64,000 nucleotides of DNA from a virus. Every line of letters begins with the position of its first letter. Position 1 is the stretch's first letter. This document shows, one piece after another, positions 19,233 to 29,241 of this stretch. The DNA lies in the IMG/VR virus record IMGVR_UViG_3300017729_000001, positions 26,430-90,429 of that record. The stretch is one strand, 5' to 3'. Below the pieces are notes generated by a model. That model was given only the letters and a program-made list of their open reading frames with translations. It ran no database searches and was not told the origin of the DNA. Made by a program: the position numbers and the translations under genes.

Positions 19233-22200
19233 TTAATACTATTAACCTTGACTGCTTATTGAGCCATAGGTGATTATTTCCAGAGCCTTTTGCGTTTTTA
19301 TTTTTCTGATACTTATTGGATAAGGCAAATCCATTTATACAAAATAACAACTTCTTGGACAATAGTTCTTCAAAGTCATCACTCATACTTTCCCAAATTT
19401 CTCCGAACACTCCTAAAAATAAAAGCACGTTGTTATTCTCTACTGTTATCACAACTCTATAATTACCACTTGACTTTGTTCTGTTTACTTTTATTCCTTG
19501 AACCACTCCAGCCACTGTTAATGGTGTTCCATTTGTTTCTGGCTTCCAAGGTTTGCCCTCTCTAAAATCATTCAACTCAAAGTCTTTAGCAGTTGTGTAT
19601 GGATACTTTTTTAATTTGCTAGACTTCTTACGAATCATCGGCATAAAGTCCACATATCCAAAACCAGTCAACTCTCTCTGCTTAATGGCCCAGAACCAAT
19701 TATTGTTATCTTTGTCCTCAGATGGAAACCCTTCAATATACTTGTGACCAGCTAGTTCGCAATGTCTCAAAAGTATGTGCATTCTTTGCTTCACTTCTCC
19801 TATCTCACACCCATTTTCATCTCCTATCTCATCAAGTGCTCCAGCCATGATTAAATGTTGTACAACTCGCTTATTCACTTTTGACTTCGGCACTCTTTTA
19901 TAGAAATCTTCCAAGTCAAAAAACATACCATTCTTTTCCCTTTCTTCTAGTATGTTTTGAACAGCAATTTGCCCTACATTTTTAATTTTAGTAAGTGACC
20001 AATATATCGCATTACTATCAGAATCGGCAGTGAACTGAATATCCGACTTATTTATATCAGGTTGCTTTACTTTTATATCACCCCCAATTTTTTCAATCTC
20101 TGATAATCTATTAGGAATCTCAATTTTTTCATCGGCAAAGTTCAATGACGCTGTCCAAAACTCTAGTGGATATTTTACTTTTAAATATTGGCACCAATAT
20201 CCCATAAGTGAGTAAGCAGCAGAATGCGACCTGTTGAATCCATAGGCTGAAAATGCGTTTAGTTTGTCCCAAATATCATTAGCTTCATCAGTGGGGCATC
20301 CGTTTTCATTCGCACCCTTCAAAAACTTCTCTTTGGCACTTTGCATCTTCTTATGGTCGAACTTTTTTATGGCTGTCCTTAATTCATCTGCTTCAGCTAA
20401 TGTTAGTTTGCCTAACACGTTTACAGCTTGCATTATCTGTTCCTGATAGATATATAGTCCAAAGGTATTTTCAGTCACCTTATCCAACTTAAAATCATAA
20501 ATAGGTTCAAGTTTTCCGTGCTTAATATCTACGAACTTTTCATGTGCCCTACTATCCATTGGACCAGGTCTAAATAAAGCATTCATTGAAATCAAATCTT
20601 CAATACCATCTGGCCTCACTTTTTTAGAATAGTTTTTCAATCCTGACGTTCCAAACTGAAATACATCTTCGTTCCAACCTCGTTTGAAGAATCGCATGAC
20701 ATCCTTTTTATCAATAGGAATCTTATTCAAACTAACTTTCTTGCCCTTATTCTTTTCTATTTCTTTCAGAATGTACTTGAACTTATCTAGTTGTGCGATG
20801 CCCAAGATGTCCTCTTTTAAGAATCCAGCAGCATCAATGTATTTTCCCTCCCATTCTGATACTAACTGACCATCCATCATCTTAATAGGCATCCAATCAT
20901 GAATCTCCATCTTATTACCATCCCCATCGAATTTCGGCACGATTAAAACAGCTGATGGATGAATGGAACCAGACCTTGGTTGTCCAAGTGGTGCCTTTAT
21001 GGCTTCACAAATATCTATATTTTTCTGTACAAACTTCTTCAAGGAATCTTTACCAACGCAACTTTTAAATATATCAGACCACTCTGGGTTATGTGAGTCA
21101 GGAATTTCCCTTGTGGCAAAATTAACGTCATTAAAAGTCAACCCCTTTACTCTTCCAAAATCTTTTATAGCACTTTTAGTTTTTAGCCTTGTGTATGTTC
21201 CTATCGAACAAACATAATTCTTTCCATACTTTTCTTCAATATATCTCTTTACATCTTGTCTTCTCTTACCCTCAAAATCGACATCAATATCAGGCAAAGC
21301 ATCAGCCGACTTAGCACGCTCACCTGAAACCCTAGCTTTGTTAAGAAATCTCTCAAAAAGTAAATCATATTGAATAGGGTCAATTTCAATTATTCCTAGC
21401 AAATATGCTACTAATGAACCTCCAGCTGAACCCCTAGCTGGTCCAACTAGAATGTCTTGACTTTTAGCCCACTCAACAATATCCCAAAGAATCAAAAAGT
21501 AATCTATAAATCCAGCACCTTTGATTACATCATTTTCCTCATCCACCCTATCTAAATAAGCAGCACACTTTTCTGAGTCATCACCGAACTTCATTAAAAC
21601 CTTTTTTTGAAAGCCTTTCATGATTAAATCGTCATAAAGTTTTTCTGGGTCATCAACTTCAAATCTAGGCAACTTATGGTTACCTGTGTCAATCTGGTAG
21701 TTACAAGCATCAGCAATTACTCTAGTGTTTGCCAAACCTCTTATGACCAAATCAAATTTATCTGGACTTGAATTAAACATGGAAACAATTTTATCCACGA
21801 TATCATCAGCATCTTTAAAGTATTGGTCAACGCTATATGGAATGGCTTTTCTGTCTATCTTGTTCAAGTAATCTTTAGTTCCAAAATCTTGCTTCTCAAT
21901 ATAATAGGCATCACTTATCACGACAGGTTTGATTAACTTGCTGAAATTGTCAAAATAAGTCTTCAAATTATTCAAATTCATCAAATCTAATTTATCATCA
22001 TCGAACTCACTAAAATCAATCTGATAATATAAACCATTTCCGAAAAGTTTTTTGTACTTTTTTATGTATTTGATACCAGCTTTCTTGTCTCCACTTATCC
22101 TATTAAAATACCCTTGAGTTGGAAATACGCAAATAAGTCCTTCAGTTTTTTCAAGCAATATTTCTTCTGGAATGAATGAATCGAAATCTACATTTATCAG

Positions 22201-22839
22201 TTTAGATATGTTCAATAAGTTTCTCCAACCAACATAATTCTTGACATATAACTTTAAATCATAGGTGTTCTGGTATTCAGCTTTTTCATCATAGTCAATC
22301 GCAACCGAAATAGTTTGTCCATGTACACACTTGACTCCTTTCTTCTTAGCAGAAAGTTGTAATGGAAGTGTTCCAGCAAGTGTATTCTTTTCGCAAATTC
22401 CTACGACATCGTGATTAAAGAAAGAGCATTTATCAATCCACCTAGATGATTCACCTGAACCATTCAATAATTCATAGCCAGTGTGAACTCCTAGATTAAC
22501 GAACTTGAAATCAAATACGCTTTTATACTCTCCAATATTTATGAGGTCATTGAATACAGGCTCATATACGACATCTCCAGCCTCATCTCGCTTTTCTTCT
22601 AAAGGTGAATAATAGAATTTTGTCCCCCACTTAAAAACCACATGATTCAAATCATCTCTCTCATATAGTAATTCATCTTCATCATCACTAATTAGAAATT
22701 CAAAATCATCTCCAATTATCTTTCCATCAACTCCCTTTAAATATAACATCTTTCCAAAGCCTGGGACATCATAGATATTAGAGTAGTCAAGCTCATAATT
22801 TATGCCCCTAGACTTTAGCCATTCATTTAGTTCAATCAT
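19222..22839 (-). CDS. dnaE: DNA polymerase III alpha subunit (family C)
   Basis: PHP domain (LGVHTGYELLNG), GPARGSAGGSLVAY, LLFERFLN, PDIDVDF, IYQEQIM, YGFNRSHSAAY, PDINKS. Confidence 0.96.
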   Translation of the reverse strand: MIELNEWLKSRGINYELDYSNIYDVPGFGKMLYLKGVDGKIIGDDFEFLISDDEDELLYERDDLNHVVFKWGTKFYYSPLEEKRDEAGDVVYEPVFNDLINIGEYKSVFDFKFVNLGVHTGYELLNGSGESSRWIDKCSFFNHDVVGICEKNTLAGTLPLQLSAKKKGVKCVHGQTISVAIDYDEKAEYQNTYDLKLYVKNYVGWRNLLNISKLINVDFDSFIPEEILLEKTEGLICVFPTQGYFNRISGDKKAGIKYIKKYKKLFGNGLYYQIDFSEFDDDKLDLMNLNNLKTYFDNFSKLIKPVVISDAYYIEKQDFGTKDYLNKIDRKAIPYSVDQYFKDADDIVDKIVSMFNSSPDKFDLVIRGLANTRVIADACNYQIDTGNHKLPRFEVDDPEKLYDDLIMKGFQKKVLMKFGDDSEKCAAYLDRVDEENDVIKGAGFIDYFLILWDIVEWAKSQDILVGPARGSAGGSLVAYLLGIIEIDPIQYDLLFERFLNKARVSGERAKSADALPDIDVDFEGKRRQDVKRYIEEKYGKNYVCSIGTYTRLKTKSAIKDFGRVKGLTFNDVNFATREIPDSHNPEWSDIFKSCVGKDSLKKFVQKNIDICEAIKAPLGQPRSGSIHPSAVLIVPKFDGDGNKMEIHDWMPIKMMDGQLVSEWEGKYIDAAGFLKEDILGIAQLDKFKYILKEIEKNKGKKVSLNKIPIDKKDVMRFFKRGWNEDVFQFGTSGLKNYSKKVRPDGIEDLISMNALFRPGPMDSRAHEKFVDIKHGKLEPIYDFKLDKVTENTFGLYIYQEQIMQAVNVLGKLTLAEADELRTAIKKFDHKKMQSAKEKFLKGANENGCPTDEANDIWDKLNAFSAYGFNRSHSAAYSLMGYWCQYLKVKYPLEFWTASLNFADEKIEIPNRLSEIEKIGGDIKVKQPDINKSDIQFTADSDSNAIYWSLTKIKNVGQIAVQNILEEREKNGMFFDLEDFYKRVPKSKVNKRVVQHLIMAGALDEIGDENGCEIGEVKQRMHILLRHCELAGHKYIEGFPSEDKDNNNWFWAIKQRELTGFGYVDFMPMIRKKSSKLKKYPYTTAKDFELNDFREGKPWKPETNGTPLTVAGVVQGIKVNRTKSSGNYRVVITVENNNVLLFLGVFGEIWESMSDDFEELLSKKLLFCINGFALSNKYQKNKNAKGSGNNHLWLNKQSRLIVLNDN

Positions 22840-24098
22840 AATTCACCTAATGGATATACAAGTTCTTCTTTTAAATCATCGTTCTGGAACTTAGCCGCAA
22901 AGAAATTCACAGCCAATGCCGTAATATCTAACGATGGAAAGAACATTGTGAGGTCTCCAATCTCCTTTATTTTATTAAATCTGAATTCATCCTTGGTTAT
23001 GATACGTTTTTTATCATCATTCAACAACTCTTTATAATGAAGATACAAATCAAGCAAATCATAAATCAAAGCAAAATACTTAGAAAACTCATTCAGTGAA
23101 TCGAAATCTGCTTTGGCCATTCTTTTCCCTGACTTTAAAGTATTGATGATTAAATCTATATATCCATCAACCTCGTGTAATCTACCTTCCACGCTTTCCA
23201 TATTGAACTTCATATCTATATGAGCTGGGTTGTAGCTATCGTACACGTCAGGAATATTATCTCCATCAGAAGCAAATTGCGTATGCTCATACATATTCAT
23301 AGCAATTTCATTCTCCGTGTAGAAATGAAGACTTTGAGAGTTGTGAGTTTGTGTTCCTAGCTTTAAGCCTAAAATATTAGACATAATCTCAGTAATAAAA
23401 CTAAACTGAAACACATTAGTTGGTAACCCCCAATGTAAGTCATTACTCCTATTCGCTATGGTAGTATGAAACTTGCCATCCCTAACTTTAATCATTACAA
23501 GGTCATTACATGGTATATCCTTGCTTTTAGTGCCCAAGTCAAGTTCCGTATTCCATATTGACATTACAGCACGTCTATCATTTGGGTTTTCGCTTAGCAT
23601 CTTCAATACTGTTAAAACTTGGTCTTCACCCTCCATCATCTGTTGAATATGGTGTCCTATATGTTCTGGTGCTCTTGCTTCTTCCTCAAAATTTAATTTA
23701 CCTTGAACTCCATCAGATGGATGAACATATCCTAATCTTGAATCAACTCCATAATGGCGCAATCTAAAACCATATGGCGCATGAAAAACTTTACCATCAT
23801 CTGAAAACTCTGACATCCTAGAATTAAACTTTTTTAGAAAGTCAACATCACGCTCACCTCTAAATATCCAAAGTGCTTCAGCCAATAAAAAGAAAATGTT
23901 GATATCTCTATTACTTGTGCCTACACATCTAGCATATGGATTTTTTAAAGTGGTCTTGAAATTTAGAACTTCTTTAGTTGGACCATATCTACTATCCTCA
24001 CTTTGTCCGTTCTCAATGACGTACTTATTAATTGCTGGGTAAACTTTTGAAAAGATAGGTGCTTTGACACTATCATTTAAAATCTGATTTGAACTCAT
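22836..24098 (-). CDS. thymidylate synthase-family enzyme, likely dUMP hydroxymethyltransferase
   Basis: NIFFLLAEALW, APYGFR, RRAVMSIW, KDIPCN (catalytic Cys), NRSNDLHWGLPTN (Asn = dUMP-type specificity residue), HNSQSLHFY. Confidence 0.8.
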   Translation of the reverse strand: MSSNQILNDSVKAPIFSKVYPAINKYVIENGQSEDSRYGPTKEVLNFKTTLKNPYARCVGTSNRDINIFFLLAEALWIFRGERDVDFLKKFNSRMSEFSDDGKVFHAPYGFRLRHYGVDSRLGYVHPSDGVQGKLNFEEEARAPEHIGHHIQQMMEGEDQVLTVLKMLSENPNDRRAVMSIWNTELDLGTKSKDIPCNDLVMIKVRDGKFHTTIANRSNDLHWGLPTNVFQFSFITEIMSNILGLKLGTQTHNSQSLHFYTENEIAMNMYEHTQFASDGDNIPDVYDSYNPAHIDMKFNMESVEGRLHEVDGYIDLIINTLKSGKRMAKADFDSLNEFSKYFALIYDLLDLYLHYKELLNDDKKRIITKDEFRFNKIKEIGDLTMFFPSLDITALAVNFFAAKFQNDDLKEELVYPLGEL

Positions 24099-24125
24099 AA
24101 TTATTTCTTTTCTTAATTAACGATG

Positions 24126-24152
24126 AAAAAAAAGGCATCCACTTGGGATGCC
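24126..24152 (-). terminator. intrinsic terminator
   Basis: GGCATCC-CAAGT-GGATGCC then T8 on minus strand. Confidence 0.8.
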
Positions 24153-24178
24153 CTTTACTGCTATTAATAACCTCTCTT

Positions 24179-25075
24179 TTATTTTTTCGCAGATTTTGCT
24201 TTGGTTGCTTTCGCCTTATTCTCTTTCTTCAAGTCCTCTTCCATCTTGGCTCTGTTCTTGCCTAACTTTTCATCTTTCTTAGTCAGGTTGTGAATTACAT
24301 TATCAAAGGCTTTCTTGTTAGTCTTTAGTGATGAAGCTAGTTCACTTATGCTCATTCCGATTATAAGGATGTTACCAGACCATGATTTTTTAGTCTCAAT
24401 GTCCTCTCCAAATAATTCCTGAAGCACTTCTTCATCTTTTACTGAAGATAGGTAAACACGACCTACAACTTCACCCTCTTTATTCACCTTTGGAGAATCG
24501 AATGACAAGAATACTTTTTTGCTATTCTTACCAAGGTATTTTATAGACACACCTCCATTAGCAATAAAGTTATATTCAAAGTCAGCACCTAGAACTTTTT
24601 TGAGTTCATCGTATCTCGCAGCATCATCTTTATTCTCAAGTGGATTCAAACGCTTAGATGGTTTCTTAGTTCCTTTCGCTTTCTCTTTTTTCTCTGTAGC
24701 TTTCTTGGCTGTAGTTTCAGTTTTCTTCTGAACCTTATCATTTGCCTTTTCTTCTTTCTCAGCAGTATCTTCAAGGTCATCAACCTCGTCATCAACCTCG
24801 TCAGAGTCATCCTCTACTTCTTCAACTTCATCATCTACTTCTTCAACAGCAGCATCTAGTGCCTCATCTGTATCGTCATAGATAGCCTCAACCATATCGT
24901 ACAACTCTTCATAAGTTTCTTCATCGACATCGTCAATTTCCTGTTTGTTTAAGTAAGCAATCATTTTCTTTCTTGCTTCTTCAACTGTTTTTACTCCCTT
25001 AATACTTACTCCATCAAGGTCTTTAATTTGCGCTGTAGTCAGCTTTTCCGTTTTTACTTTTTTTACTGTTGCCAT
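24179..25075 (-). CDS. hypothetical protein with acidic tract and Lys/Ala-rich segments
   Basis: 298 aa; D/E run followed by KKATEKKEKAK; own promoter-like site and terminator. Confidence 0.7.
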   Translation of the reverse strand: MATVKKVKTEKLTTAQIKDLDGVSIKGVKTVEEARKKMIAYLNKQEIDDVDEETYEELYDMVEAIYDDTDEALDAAVEEVDDEVEEVEDDSDEVDDEVDDLEDTAEKEEKANDKVQKKTETTAKKATEKKEKAKGTKKPSKRLNPLENKDDAARYDELKKVLGADFEYNFIANGGVSIKYLGKNSKKVFLSFDSPKVNKEGEVVGRVYLSSVKDEEVLQELFGEDIETKKSWSGNILIIGMSISELASSLKTNKKAFDNVIHNLTKKDEKLGKNRAKMEEDLKKENKAKATKAKSAKK

Positions 25076-25135
25076 TTTTTAAAATTTAATTTACAATTTA
25101 ATTATTTTGTTTGTATAAAGATAAACTTTGTAAAT

Positions 25136-25720
25136 TTAGTCAGCGTGAGATAACACTTTGTAAATTTCAGTTTCTTCCAATAACTCTGGAACTCTGTCTT
25201 TAATCTTAGCCAAGTTTCTTTTGATACTATTCTTAGCACTTTTCTTGCTCTTATTTATCTTGTTGATTTTCGATATTGGAAAACCTTTTAGATATAGCAT
25301 AAAGAACTTTTTTTCATCCTCAGGAATATCCTGAAGGACATCGGTCATTCCGACCATGAGTTGTTTTTTCTTAAAGTCAACACTAACATTGAAATCTTCA
25401 GTACCATAGTCAAAATTAATATCAGACATGGATACTGTTTTTAGTTCCGCATTAATATCTCGTATGAAATCTTTCACCTTATTAATCATTACAGTCTTTA
25501 AATAAAACTTCAACGGCACAGGTTTCTCTCGCCCAGTCTTTTTATATTGCTTGTATTTTAATAGGTATGATTCTAGTGCCGTCCATAATCTGATTTTCAA
25601 ATCTTGTTCAACATCTTCTTGCGAATATGATATGTGTCCGACATTGAATACTTTTTTAGCATACTGAACTGCTAGGTATTCGTTTTTAGTGTACAATCTT
25701 AAAATCTGCTTTTTTTCCAT
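25136..25720 (-). CDS. RNA polymerase sigma factor-like protein (start probably MEKKQ at 25720)
   Basis: EDVEQDLKIRLWTAL...FYLKTVMINKVKDFIR (region 2-like); FMLYLKGFPISKI (region 4-like). Confidence 0.7.
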   Translation of the reverse strand: MEKKQILRLYTKNEYLAVQYAKKVFNVGHISYSQEDVEQDLKIRLWTALESYLLKYKQYKKTGREKPVPLKFYLKTVMINKVKDFIRDINAELKTVSMSDINFDYGTEDFNVSVDFKKKQLMVGMTDVLQDIPEDEKKFFMLYLKGFPISKINKINKSKKSAKNSIKRNLAKIKDRVPELLEETEIYKVLSHAD

Positions 25721-25745
25721 TTTTAAAGTATTTGAGGTTATTAAT

Positions 25746-25780
25746 AAAAAATGCCTCATAGATATTGGATATCTTGAGGC
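25746..25780 (-). terminator. terminator-like hairpin in leader of sigma-like gene
   Basis: GCCTCAAGATAT-CCA-ATATCTATGAGGC-ATTTTTT on minus strand. Confidence 0.65.
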
Positions 25781-25901
25781 TCACTGTTATTCCATTTTTA
25801 AATCTTTTTCCATTTTTAAACAATTTCGTTAAACGAAATTAGTTTAAATAAGTTTGTAATCAAAGCATTCCACTATGTATTTCAAATTATTTTTTAAAAA
25901 T

Positions 25902-26333
25902 CTACAATATTCTGGATATGTCATCTAGCTTGACTTGAACCATCTCGCCAGTCATTAGTTGTATCACAGCTTTCTTTTCGTCCATATCATACTTCTTTAG
26001 CTTACAGCCTTCACCCATGTATGAAAAATCTGCTTCCAACTTATAATAAAAATACCAATCACGCTTTCCTAATCTTTTTGGATTGCCGAACTCATTGAAA
26101 AAGTTAGTCCTGAAATCAGCTAACTTGTGTTCAGAATCGAAAATGGATATCAAATTGTTCTTCTGTGATATGTCCTTGATTTTTTGTTCTTTGAACTCCA
26201 TCACTTTTCTAAAATAATCTTTGTCTTTAGCAGATGGATATATCTTGCTTCTCAATTCAAAGTAAATGAACTCACTCTGTAATACATTAAAGTATTCTAA
26301 AATTGAGATGTCTCTGTCTTTCTCCCTATTCAT
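25902..26333 (-). CDS. hypothetical protein
   Basis: 143-aa ORF coupled to primase stop. Confidence 0.65.
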   Translation of the reverse strand: MNREKDRDISILEYFNVLQSEFIYFELRSKIYPSAKDKDYFRKVMEFKEQKIKDISQKNNLISIFDSEHKLADFRTNFFNEFGNPKRLGKRDWYFYYKLEADFSYMGEGCKLKKYDMDEKKAVIQLMTGEMVQVKLDDISRIL

Positions 26334-27292
26334 TTCAATAACTTTACAACCTTTTTGTTAAACTCCATAGGTGTTTTAAGCCTATCGAATATTTCAAAAA
26401 CTTCTTTTTTATCTGAGTCATTGATGTCTTTATTAAAAGTGAACCCTACTTTGACGTTGAAAAACTCATTCAACAAGATGCTATATTTTTTCATTTCTTT
26501 AATAGCATCATAATCATATATCAAAACAACATTCTCAACACCCTTTGACTGTAACTTTAATACCTGAAATTTACTTATTTTCTTACCAAATGTTGCTACA
26601 CATTTAATTTCTTCATCTGAATCTAGTCCTAAATAGTTATCAACACTAATCTTATCAAACAAACCTTCAACTATTATTACAGTTTTTGTTTGGTTAGTTA
26701 TTTCTTCATATCCGAATAGTAAATGACTGAAGTTCACGTTCCTAGCATTATTGTATCTCAGTTTTTTACTTCCCTTTGGAATGCTTTTAGTGTACCTTGA
26801 TAAATAGCCTTTACACTCTCCATCCTCTTCAATTAGAAATATAACATAATTTTTTAATGATGGAACTAAATTTGTGTAACCAATCTTAAACTTATCAAAA
26901 TTACCTTTGGTCATCTTTCTCTTTTTCAAGTATTTGTCCGAATTTACACGCTTGAATCCTATCGGTGGTTTGAACTTTTCGACTTCTAATGACGTAATTT
27001 CATTTTCATTTTCATTTTCAAGTTCAGACAATAATGTTACACGACCACGCTCAACACTTTTGAACTCACCAATTTTAAACAGCTGACCTAGATGGCTCAG
27101 TAATTTTATTATGTTACCCTCTTCACCGCACTTCTTACAATCCCACTGCTGTGAACTCCTATTTATATAAAAGTGTCTATCTTTAAAGCAATATGGACAA
27201 CTAGCAATATAATGATTATGTGGGCCAATTATCGGCTTTTCAAGAATGGACTTTAATTCTATGTCGTCAATTTTACTATTCTTCATCTTCAT
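26330..27292 (-). CDS. dnaG: DNA primase (start probably MKMKNSK near 27292)
   Basis: CPYC...CKKC zinc finger, TOPRIM IIVEGLFD and YDYD. Confidence 0.9.
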   Translation of the reverse strand: MKMKNSKIDDIELKSILEKPIIGPHNHYIASCPYCFKDRHFYINRSSQQWDCKKCGEEGNIIKLLSHLGQLFKIGEFKSVERGRVTLLSELENENENEITSLEVEKFKPPIGFKRVNSDKYLKKRKMTKGNFDKFKIGYTNLVPSLKNYVIFLIEEDGECKGYLSRYTKSIPKGSKKLRYNNARNVNFSHLLFGYEEITNQTKTVIIVEGLFDKISVDNYLGLDSDEEIKCVATFGKKISKFQVLKLQSKGVENVVLIYDYDAIKEMKKYSILLNEFFNVKVGFTFNKDINDSDKKEVFEIFDRLKTPMEFNKKVVKLLK

Positions 27293-28643
27293 CCTGATAG
27301 TCCAGAACCAACTTGATAGTTTTCTGGCGGTCATAAAATCTTGCTCTTCCAAAGTTGGTCACTATGCTTATAGTTCTTCCACCTCTATATTCTCTCATCT
27401 TATCCTCATATATTCTTAGTAATGGAGCAGGCTCACCTCTCTCATCCTTGTTATTCTCTTCATCGAATGTCTGATTGAAAGTAAAGTGATAATCAAATGG
27501 TCTGATTTTTCCTTTATCTTCAGACAAGAACTCTCTGGTCATAACAAAATTTGGGTCTTTCTTTAACTCACTTGGCAAATTAGATGCTTGTGTAGCAGTA
27601 CAAGTCACCACGTCTTGCTCCATGGCAAGTTCTTTCATAAATCTACCTATTTTCTGTTGCCTAAATCTCTCTGAAGATGGGCCATATTGATTACCATCGC
27701 CAACTTCAAGTAGTTCTAAATAATCAATCACTACCAAATCGAAATCGCCATACAGCTTTTTCATATCAATAACGCTATTCCGAATATCATATATGGTAGC
27801 ATTTCCGAACTTCTCAAAAGCCTCAACATATATCTCTCCACGAACTTTATTCAATACGCTTTTTAATTTTTTCAACCTACTTCTTTCAATAGTGGCATTT
27901 TTAACATCGTGATATAATGCTCCTGTCCAAGATGAATCTAGCCTATCCATTACTTGTCGTTTAGTTCCCTCAATCTGAAACAACGCCACTCTTCCACCTC
28001 TCCTTGCCGTTTGAACCGCATAGTGAATAAGTGCTTGAGACTTACCACGACCTGACTCAGCAGTGAATAATACACACTCACCTGTCTCTGGTCCACCTTT
28101 AGTGTGATTATCTAATTCGTCAATCATGAATGGAACTTTGTGTCTTCCTCTATCCTCCAAAGTTCTGATTGTATTCCTTTCTTCAAAGTCACCGAAAACC
28201 TTAGTGAATATTTTGTCTTTGATACTAAAATTAGCTAGTGACTCAGCACCCTTTATAAAAATATCATATGCTTCTTTTTGCTCACCTCTATTATAACGCT
28301 CACCAGCATCCTCAAATAACTCGACAAACTTACTTTCTTTTATGAAATCTTGAAACGCTTTTACCACTTGCTCTTTATCAGATGAACTATTCTTAACATC
28401 TGAGATGAACTCTCGCACTTTTTGTTCTTTACGACACTCAACCTGAATTAGTCCAAGACTTGGTATTTTCTCATTCAGCGTGTGTAGTTGTACGCATTTC
28501 TTCCAAAACTTCTTTTCGTGTTCTAAAACTAAAAATGAATATTTTAAATGTTCCCTTAAAAGTTCAAATACAGTTTCATCCTCAAAAGCGCAATGAAATA
28601 ACTCCAACGTGAACTCACTTGATAATTTATCTTTTTCCTCCAT
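27276..28643 (-). CDS. dnaB: DnaB-like replicative helicase
   Basis: AESGRGKS Walker A, FQIE, VVIDYLEL, TATQ, KMR. Confidence 0.9.
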   Translation of the reverse strand: MEEKDKLSSEFTLELFHCAFEDETVFELLREHLKYSFLVLEHEKKFWKKCVQLHTLNEKIPSLGLIQVECRKEQKVREFISDVKNSSSDKEQVVKAFQDFIKESKFVELFEDAGERYNRGEQKEAYDIFIKGAESLANFSIKDKIFTKVFGDFEERNTIRTLEDRGRHKVPFMIDELDNHTKGGPETGECVLFTAESGRGKSQALIHYAVQTARRGGRVALFQIEGTKRQVMDRLDSSWTGALYHDVKNATIERSRLKKLKSVLNKVRGEIYVEAFEKFGNATIYDIRNSVIDMKKLYGDFDLVVIDYLELLEVGDGNQYGPSSERFRQQKIGRFMKELAMEQDVVTCTATQASNLPSELKKDPNFVMTREFLSEDKGKIRPFDYHFTFNQTFDEENNKDERGEPAPLLRIYEDKMREYRGGRTISIVTNFGRARFYDRQKTIKLVLDYQDEDEE

Positions 28644-29241
28644 AACCTCTTAACCTATAAACGCTGGGCAACTGTTCTTTTAACTGTATTTCGCACTTTT
28701 TCTTATACTTACAAGTTACACATTTCATAGACTTGTGATTGTACATCGTGGTATTTAAAGTACAGTTGATAAACCCCTTTGCGCTATTATAAAACATAGC
28801 TTTTTCAAACTCTTCAATTTCATTGACTTTCTTCATAGAATTACTCCACCCCTCATTTCTAACCCCATCAACTTGGAAATTAATCTTTCTTTTTAAATTC
28901 TTACGAACAAGATGGCTCGTTGCTTTCTTATATTTTTCTGACCTACTTGTCCACCTCTTCCAAGCCTTATTTCCAATTATCCATTCCAGCTGAATACTCG
29001 TGCCTTTTCCGTACTTACCATCATGCTCGAACCAGTAATTGAACTGAAATTCCATATATGACCTTAGATAGTCTTCACCTAGAATAGTTGAGTTGTTGAA
29101 TTCCTTCACTTTTGAAATAAAACCTTTAGTCATAGTCAATCTAGTTTCAGTCATGTTCATCCTGAATGCTTCATTACCTGTGATTGCTTTATAGTGATAT
29201 TTGAACTTATCAACTATCAGTCTGACTTCTTTATTTCTCAT
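28627..29241 (-). CDS. hypothetical replication-module protein with C-terminal Cys cluster
   Basis: C...S.KCVTCKYKKKC; between SF2 helicase and DnaB. Confidence 0.6.
   Translation of the reverse strand: MRNKEVRLIVDKFKYHYKAITGNEAFRMNMTETRLTMTKGFISKVKEFNNSTILGEDYLRSYMEFQFNYWFEHDGKYGKGTSIQLEWIIGNKAWKRWTSRSEKYKKATSHLVRKNLKRKINFQVDGVRNEGWSNSMKKVNEIEEFEKAMFYNSAKGFINCTLNTTMYNHKSMKCVTCKYKKKCEIQLKEQLPSVYRLRGYGGKR

Noticed and set aside
19222-22839. Intein or intron in dnaE
   Set aside because: ORF is continuous, of normal DnaE length, with no intein terminal motifs seen
22836-24098. dCMP hydroxymethylase (T4 gp42-type)
   Set aside because: Specificity position after RSND is Asn (dUMP-type), not Asp; not fully excluded without assay
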